From: Atractiella rhizophila
Taxonomy: Eukaryota
DNA length: 40,897 bases
NCBI GenBank assembly: GCA_021432655.1
Contig: MU271595.1
Location: forward strand, 1 to 40,897
Direction of reading: 5' to 3'
Part shown: positions 36,204-40,897 of the stretch, in pieces
Position numbering within the stretch: the first letter of the stretch is position 1
Layout of the letters: every line of letters starts with the position of its first letter
The notes under the pieces: generated by a model
Told to the model about the DNA's origin: nothing
Seen by the model: the letters and a program-made list of their open reading frames with translations, nothing else
The model's database searches: none
Made by a program: the position numbers and the translations under genes

Positions 36204-39200
36204 TCATCGACGCCTGAAGCGGAAGCTCGAAAATCGTCCCCCATCCGCAGTCTCGTCCTGCACCTCTTGGGTCTTGTTAATCTGCGATTGTTCTTCTATC
36301 CACTTGCTAGCCACGATATCCCCATTCATGCCCTCCTCCATAGCCTCATGCCCCACCTCCGTCGATTCTCGCTCATCCCAGTCGCTGTCTGAATCGGATC
36401 CGTCGTACCTTGCTTCCTCTTCGTCTCCTTCGTCGATAGGGGGTTCCTCTCGGAAGGAAGGAAGTCGTAGACCATGGCCGTCAAATGCTCGCATGTCATA
36501 AGAACGCTTCCGTAACCGGCGTGAAAGAAGATGCGCCATGGCCTTCGCTGGTCCAAGACCTGTAGACTCGAAAATGAACAATGGAAGCAGTGTAAAACGA
36601 GAATTCATACCTTGGGAGAAGCGGTTACTTGTTTCTGACGTCTCATTGTCATCAAAAAAGGCAGACAAGTCATGCAGAGTGGAAACCATCTCTCCAAGGT
36701 GACTAGAGCCACCGAAGTCACTCTGCGTTTTGTTGTCGCTTTGTTGCCTCCCCTCATCATAGTCCTCCACTGCGAACTCGACCGGCGACGGCGCCATGCT
36801 GTCGAATCCAATGGTGGGGAAACTGTCTAACTGCTCCTTCAACTTCTTTCGTAGCGACGAGCTTGCTCCATCGGGATCCGGAACGCTCCATCCAGCTTCA
36901 CTTGGTACACCAAATGCAGTTTTCCCCTTCATACCAATAGGTGCAGGCTCGCTTCGAGGTAGACGATCTTCAAGTACTTCGATGGCGAGCGGAGCAAATT
37001 TTGGATGCGTAGTCAGGCGGATAAGCGGAGCCAGGAAATCATACCCAAAATCCTGAGTGTCAATGGTCGAGAGATCAACCAGGCGGCAAAGGACTTTAAG
37101 AAGAGTCAATGTTCGCTCACGAAGCCACTCCCAGGTGTTCTGCAGAAACCCGAGGTAGAGATGAAGGATTTGCCCAATATCTGGCGAAAAGTATTCTCGG
37201 ATGCAGGAAAGACTTTGACGGAGGAAGTCGTCCTTATTCCTGAACTTTGATTTGGCAAAAGAAGTCATCACTCGGGATATGCTCGTCATATCTTCAGCTT
37301 CAGCCAATGAAGACAAATTCGTTGTAAACCCTCGCATTTCTTCCCAATATGTCCCATCTTCCAACGTCTGCATTGCCCAAGGAATGCAAGCTGCAAAAAG
37401 CAAATGTAAACTGCCGGCCAAGGCCTGACTTCCGGCCCTAACGTGATTGTGCAACATGGTTCTCACCACTCCCCAAGCGGCTTTGGCGGTACTTCCCGAC
37501 CGCAAACCCTTTAAGAGCACATATCTGACGATCGAATTTGCGCTTGCATCAGTCCACTCTGCCGGTCTCGTGTTAGCCAGAGCTTCATCGACATCCGGTT
37601 CGCATGGATCAAGTTTTTCCTGGATGTCCTGGACGATGATACACGCCTCTAAAAATTCGAAATCGTTCGAACTCTCTAGAAAGACATATCCAGTCCAAAA
37701 AATCTGCGGCCAGGCTTCAACAGGTGCTGAGCCTATGAGGGGGACGGCAGAAGAGATTGTATAGAGAGCCTCTCGAGTAAATGTTTGGATTTCCGGGTTA
37801 CTGTCTCCGGCTGTCGTTGAGAGCCTTGATATAATCGGTGCCATCATACGAAGGTCTAGCGGTGTAGACAGCAGACGGAATGTCTGAAGGGACCGACAAG
37901 CGATGTGACGAGCGGGACAGGAGACGGCCCAGTCGATCGCAATCTCTCCCCAAATCCTCGCGATATCAGGATACTTTTGTTGCATAAAGTTGACTACGTC
38001 CTGAACCAGATACTCCATATTTGTGAGGTAACCCCTGGAATTTTTGCGTGGCTCTTCATGATCCCAAAATTTTCGCCACTTCCAAGCAACATCCAGGGAT
38101 GTGGTTTCCGAAGTGGTACTCTTTCCCAAAGAAAGAGAGCGTTTGAGAACCGTCATGTAGTAGATCAAGTACGTTTGAGCTTGGTTCCGTAAGAGAGAAG
38201 AGGGGTGGTCTGCATGCATGACGAAGGCATGCAAGAAAAGAGGTAAGTGGATCTCAGAAGCATGCGTTTGTTGAACCAATGCATCGACAGATAAAAGAAG
38301 AGCTGCTTGGGAGACAGATAAGAGAGCTCGTTTCGCGACGACGGGAAATTGTGCATCCAGGGCGTTTCGCCGTGATGAAGGTGGAGGGAGAAAAGAAGGA
38401 TTGAGTCCTTCCAGGGAGTCGGCTGGGGCAATCATACCCGCTGGATCCACCAGCTCGGCAAGGTCGCACAATAAGCGCAGGGCTCCTCCATCAGTGTAGC
38501 ACAAAGAGGCGATAATCTTCCTCCCAGCTCGTAAGAATTGTTCTGTGCCCCGCCGCGTTGTCTCGTCAATAATAAACTTAAGAATAGCCGCTTGATTCAA
38601 GGTTGGTGAGGTAGGAGAAATTAAGGACTGCCAAATCTCCCTGACCTCTAGATAGCAGTTGTCGGCAAACCTGACAGTAAGGAGGAATAACTTGATGAGT
38701 AGTGGATCCGCTTCAACAGGTGTACCTTTCTCCAGATCCCCGACAAGATCCAACACAGCCAACCAACCTGGAATCAAGCGAAGCATCGATCTCGGTCGCC
38801 CAATGCCTGCCGTCGCTCGCATCACATACTCAGTTGCGATACCGTAAGCCTGTCGACGAAGGAATGCCGGGAGCATGGACGAGACTCGAAGCTGGACGGC
38901 GGATGACACACCTGCAAACGAAGTGTGAACGCTGCTCTGAATCGACTCCATTGCGGACAGAGATTCAATGGGGAAATGAGGGATGAGTAACTCGAAGGCA
39001 CGATAGCGAGTATTGATATCTGAATGTCCAAGCTTGTAAATGAGCAGAGCAGTTAGAGGAGGATATTCGCGCGCGTTAGGGATCTGATTTTCTAAAACAA
39101 GATCGCTTAGAACGGAAAATGCCATTTGTCCCAGTCCAAGGTTGTCGGTTTCAGCAAAGCAGTGAGATATGACCACATCTAGAGCTTGAGTAAAGCCCGC

Positions 39201-40897
39201 AGAAGTCAAAATCGCCGTGAGGATGGTCCCTCTGATAGCTTGCCTTCATTTCTGTCATCAGCGAAACTCTTACTCGATAATCGACCTACCGCGCATATAT
39301 AGGGCCTCTGGTAGAGCTGGGATTTTCTAAAACAGGCTGAGCCCAGCGTAGCACATCACCCAGCTCAATGCCTTTGAGTGGAATATCATTTCTGCTCACG
39401 TCAATATTCTGAACTCCTGCCAGTTAGGTCACTATCCATCAGGGGTATGGGCACTCACAGCGAGAGCAGCGATAGCCATCACTGCTGGTAGAAAGACGTC
39501 CACCATTGGTTGGGTCGGAGCACCGGGGTTGCTGCGAGATTTGGCAATGGACTGTGGGCTGTTGTATCGTCCATTTTGCTGTTGAGGAGTGGACGAATCC
39601 ATAGATTTAAAGCACCAACTTTGGAGCATCAAAAAAAGATCAGATTTGGAATCGTGAGAGATCCATCTCGGTAACCCGTTCTTCGTAAACGGACTGTCTA
39701 TCATAGCCTTGAGCACGGTGCAAAACCCCTTTCGAAGAACTGGAGTCGAGGCATCTTCAGGACCATCTTTCTCCCTTAAATAAACATGCATCTCCTTCAA
39801 CCAATCAGACACGAGACTTATGGACGTTTCTGATACTGGGTGATCCGCTCGAGAGAGCAATGGACTGCACAAATCCTGAACCCTAGCAATGGCTGACCGC
39901 AATCTCACATGACGCTGACTTTGCTTGGGAACACCAGTTCTGGTTGTGCCACCACTGCGATCGTTTTCGCCGAGGTAAAGGACGATGTGACGAAGATTGT
40001 TGAGAAGGAACTGGTACAGAACGGGATGAACACAACCAAGAGATTTGATAGCCGCTTCGCGGATGGTGCTGTTGTCTGAAACGAGGAAAGGCATGATTTT
40101 CGCAATGACGCTCTCCTGTTGAGCAACACTAGGATCCCTTTCGCTGTCTGGTGGAAGGTTTGGAGTGGGAAAATGCAGGGTGCACAGGGCGATGATACAC
40201 GCTCTCCAACTGTCTATCATGAAAGCAGATTCCGTTGCGTTCGGATTTTTACCGACAGTTCCATTCACTCCTCGACCTCCCGCGAGACCAGCAGCAGACG
40301 ATGCAATGGGTTGAATGCGGTTGAATCTGCCGAAAAAGATAGACTTCATTATTGAAAGTGGCACCGGGCACGACAGAAAACAATGTTGGAAGAAGTTGCC
40401 GAGAACTGCTAGCCAGATGGCAAAGTCCAAGGCGCTGTCAACTTCTAACTGCTTGATGAGTGGCTTCGACTTTCTCCATTTCGACACTCTGTTCTTGTCG
40501 ATTTTTGCAAAAAGGTCTTCGTCGACGTCATCCACCATACCGCCACAATTTTCAATAACTCGTATCACTCGTGTTACCTTTCCATCCTTCGGCGAAGAGT
40601 CCACGGTTCCCTCGTCAAGACTAGCGGCGAGGCGGAGTGCGGTAATGGCCAACCTTCGCAAGGGAGCATGACTGGAGGTGAGGAAGGAAAGGGCGGTGGC
40701 TTCAATCTCAACTACTGTTCTCGGGGCTGGAGCTTTGTCATCATGAAAAGGATCGGCCGTAGGAGTGGACTCCTCCAAATTCCCGAAGGGGCGTCGATGC
40801 GAAGGTGCATCCTCCTTTTTAGCAGCATTTTTATGCTCCACCCAAATGGTCAAGATGTCCGTCCACCATTTGGCCATCTTCTCCAACTTCTGGATCG
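36204..40897 (-). CDS. TAO3: RAM/MOR network scaffold Tao3/Mor2/Furry, 3' part (gene continues beyond the window)
   Basis: Long HEAT-like ORFs with LLIYKLGH, WGEIAIDWAVSCPARHIACRSLQTFRLL, WPQIFW, LLKGLRS and ISRVMTSFAKSKFRNKDDFL, typical of the MOR2-PAG1 mid and C-terminal domains. Confidence 0.92.

Overview
A gene-dense, intron-rich fungal genomic window. It is very likely basidiomycete: introns are mostly ~45-60 nt and ATP-citrate lyase is a single fused polypeptide. A GDP-fucose synthase would fit Pucciniomycotina, but that is inference. Manual splicing gives 17 protein-coding genes: LSM6, ACL1, two convergent Pmp3/Sna-family proteolipids, GDP-L-fucose synthase, ASE1/PRC1, OLE1, ATG11, a membrane-anchored pepsin-like protease, a YhhW-type pirin, an Oxidored-like (OXLD1) protein, UMP1, an FN3-like/coiled-coil PPxY protein, RAD17/RAD24, a NUDT19-like Nudix hydrolase, a divergent importin-alpha and CSN5, plus the 3' part of TAO3/MOR2. 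LSM6 and both Pmp3 genes are essentially missed by the ORF track. Two head-to-tail duplications (~1.29 kb and 1.0 kb) look like both haplotypes assembled in tandem; one breaks RAD17. I see no mobile element, RNA gene or CRISPR array, and no clear-cut novel multi-gene system. The best leads are a hidden GC-AG-spliced N-terminal targeting exon on the pirin, a splice-dependent PTS1-like end on the Nudix enzyme, three Ark1/Prk1-type motifs in the Ase1 tail, the micro-exon Pmp3 pair and the diverged importin-alpha. All gene models were spliced by eye and need RNA-seq confirmation.
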